A stretch of DNA of 64,000 nucleotides from a virus. Lineage: Duplodnaviria > Caudoviricetes. The stretch is taken from positions 1 through 64,000 of IMG/VR virus record IMGVR_UViG_3300012662_000198; one strand, written 5' to 3'. The notes beneath the pieces are model-generated. The model saw nothing but the letters and a program-made list of their open reading frames with translations. It searched no databases and was not told the origin of the DNA. Made by a program: the position numbers and the translations under genes. Of the stretch, positions 61,952 through 64,000 are shown piece by piece. Within the stretch, counting starts at the first letter, position 1; the number at the start of each line of letters is the position of its first letter.

Positions 61952-63847
61952 AGTAGAAGGAAGTAATAATACGGCAGTCTTCCAATCCTACGCCGACTTT
62001 GCCCCCATTGCAGTCAAGTAGAAGGAAGTAATAATACGGCAGTCTTCCAATCAAGGCTTCAAAACGACTTTCGTTACCGAAGTAGAAGGAAGTAATAATA
62101 CGGCAGTCTTCCAATCGTCGCTCGCATGGATACTAACTGGCCTAAGTAGAAGGAAGTAATAATACGGCAGTCTTCCAATCCTGCACGACAATTCCGTCGT
62201 CGCATCTTTAGTAGAAGGAAGTAATAATACGGCAGTCTTCCAATCCGGCAACCTCTGTAGCTGTAGTAAAAAAAGTAGAAGGAAGTAATAATACGGCAGT
62301 CTTCCAATCCGTACGCTCAGGCGGCTGAAACGCCGTCAGTAGAAGGAAGTAATAATACGGCAGTCTTCCAATCACACATCGCCGACGACCTTGCAACTGC
62401 TAGTAGAAGGAAGTAATAATACGGCAGTCTTCCAATCAACTGGCACAACCAGCCAGAATCGTTGGAGTAGAAGGAAGTAATAATACGGCAGTCTTCCAAT
62501 CAACTACGCCACAGACGGCAGTGAACTAGAGTAGAAGGAAGTAATAATACGGCAGTCTTCCAATCGCACTCCTTTTATGCCACGGTCGGGGTGAGTAGAA
62601 GGAAGTAATAATACGGCAGTCTTCCAATCGGTCGAACTGGGCATGTACGGCGAGGTGAGTAGAAGGAAGTAATAATACGGCAGTCTTCCAATCAAAGTGG
62701 CACAACCAGCCAGAATCGTTGGAGTAGAAGGAAGTAATAATACGGCAGTCTTCCAATCCTTACTCCAAGGTGCTTGGCCATTTCGGAGTAGAAGGAAGTA
62801 ATAATACGGCAGTCTTCCAATCAAATAGAAGAGGAGATGCAGCAATGAAAAGTAGAAGGAAGTAATAATACGGCAGTCTTCCAATCAGGTCACTGTCTTT
62901 CCATCCCAGTCGGCAGTAGAAGGAAGTAATAATACGGCAGTCTTCCAATCCCTACGTTCACCATCCGAAATGGGTAGAAGTAGAAGGAAGTAATAATACG
63001 GCAGTCTTCCAATCTCGGGAGCTAGTGCCCTACACCCGTTCCAGTAGAAGGAAGTAATAATACGGCAGTCTTCCAATCCCTGCCTACTCTGGGAGAAGGG
63101 TGGAGAAGTAGAAGGAAGTAATAATACGGCAGTCTTCCAATCAGATGCGGTTCAGGGCGTTGTCGGCTTCAGTAGAAGGAAGTAATAATACGGCAGTCTT
63201 CCAATCACGTTGCGCGGAGGGTATGGAAGTGCAGGAGTAGAAGGAAGTAATAATACGGCAGTCTTCCAATCACGAATCCTAATTGGACGGCGCAGGCTAA
63301 GTAGAAGGAAGTAATAATACGGCAGTCTTCCAATCTCGTAGATACGGCTACCGCGTATGCGAAAGTAGAAGGAAGTAATAATACGGCAGTCTTCCAATCT
63401 CCTGCTTGAATCCGTCAGCACTGTAGGAGTAGAAGGAAGTAATAATACGGCAGTCTTCCAATCTAACGTTTCGCCATTTTCTGGTTTTCAGAGTAGAAGG
63501 AAGTAATAATACGGCAGTCTTCCAATCGATACCCGACGTTTGCGCGTACGAGAGCAGTAGAAGGAAGTAATAATACGGCAGTCTTCCAATCTTAACTCTA
63601 CGTGCGGACGCTGGTCGGGAGTAGAAGGAAGTAATAATACGGCAGTCTTCCAATCCAGTATTCCAGAAGGAACGTGGCGAGAAAGTAGAAGGAAGTAATA
63701 ATACGGCAGTCTTCCAATCTGCTCCGCCGACTGTCCGACCGTCCACGGGTAAGAGGAAGTATAAATACGGCAGTCTTCCAATCTATAGCCGGTTTCCCTT
63801 TTACCGTCTTCGGTAAGAGGAAGTATAAATACGGCAGTCTTCCAATC
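61952..63847 (-). CRISPR. CRISPR array: 30 repeats of 36 bp and 29 spacers of 28-29 bp
   Basis: 28 identical AGTAGAAGGAAGTAATAATACGGCAGTCTTCCAATC copies plus 2 terminal variants GGTAAGAGGAAGTATAAATACGGCAGTCTTCCAATC; tracrRNA pairing indicates the crRNA is on the minus strand. Confidence 0.98.
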
Positions 63848-64000
63848 CCAATAAAGGATAAGCCGGTGTTTCGCCACTCCCACCGGCGAGGAGCTGTTCA
63901 CACAAAGATGCGAGGTAAGGAGAGGGCCATGAGAAGTTGCCCATAAACCCCGCTTTTTGTTTGGCGTTTGACATGGCTTGGTTTTTTCCCATCAGTGAGC

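Noticed and set aside
63400-63427. Spacer 23 shares tccgtcagcac with the NlpC/P60 fragment at 32697
   Set aside because: Only 11 contiguous nt with flanking mismatches; not credible self-targeting, although a homolog elsewhere cannot be excluded.
61836-63992. ORFs with repeated LEDCRIITSFY / DWKTAVLLLPST
   Set aside because: Translations of CRISPR repeats.
63848-64000. Possible tracrRNA or additional degenerate repeat after the array
   Set aside because: No anti-repeat or repeat similarity; the tracrRNA is upstream of cas9.

Overview
This window looks like part of a large conjugative plasmid (megaplasmid) from a high-GC Actinobacterium, most likely Bifidobacterium. That assignment is inferred from the actinobacterial type II-C Cas9, the LAxTG-anchored surface proteins with a class E-like sortase, and the SSB, NlpC/P60 and TnpB styles. 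Contents from left to right: (1) a 5'-truncated IS605 tnpB. (2) Small hypothetical genes. (3) An ImmA/ImmR-like pair divergent from a phage-type replication initiator and helicase-loader pair. (4) Several giant cell-wall proteins, including a 2706-aa thioester-domain adhesin and an 1807-aa protein with 16 InlB-B repeats. (5) A complete tnpA-tnpB IS605 element inside a ~5-kb segment bounded by 32-bp perfect inverted repeats; a toxin-antitoxin pair and an NlpC/P60 gene are split across this segment. (6) A dead RepA replicon with iterons. (7) A sortase, two stand-alone Clp-N proteins, thyA, and a PNK/RNA ligase plus phosphoesterase RNA-repair module. (8) A second TnpB element, anti-restriction-like genes, a CAP-domain surface-exclusion-like protein and tRNA-Arg(UCU). 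(9) A complete type II-C CRISPR-Cas9 locus: tracrRNA, cas9, cas1, cas2 and 30 repeats. Three observations are not explained by the gene list. First, a promoter/operator signature, TA(T/A)A(C/G)T-G(G/A)-N4-GT(T/C)CAC, occurs at least 12 times, including upstream of ssb, the RNA ligase and tracrRNA/cas9; it is a candidate plasmid-wide establishment regulon. Second, about 14 IS605 ends or end remnants are present, many at gene breakpoints and several with fold-back palindromes. Third, kilobase-scale AC-rich and GT-rich blocks alternate along the sequence. All homology calls come from motif recognition by eye; no database search was run.
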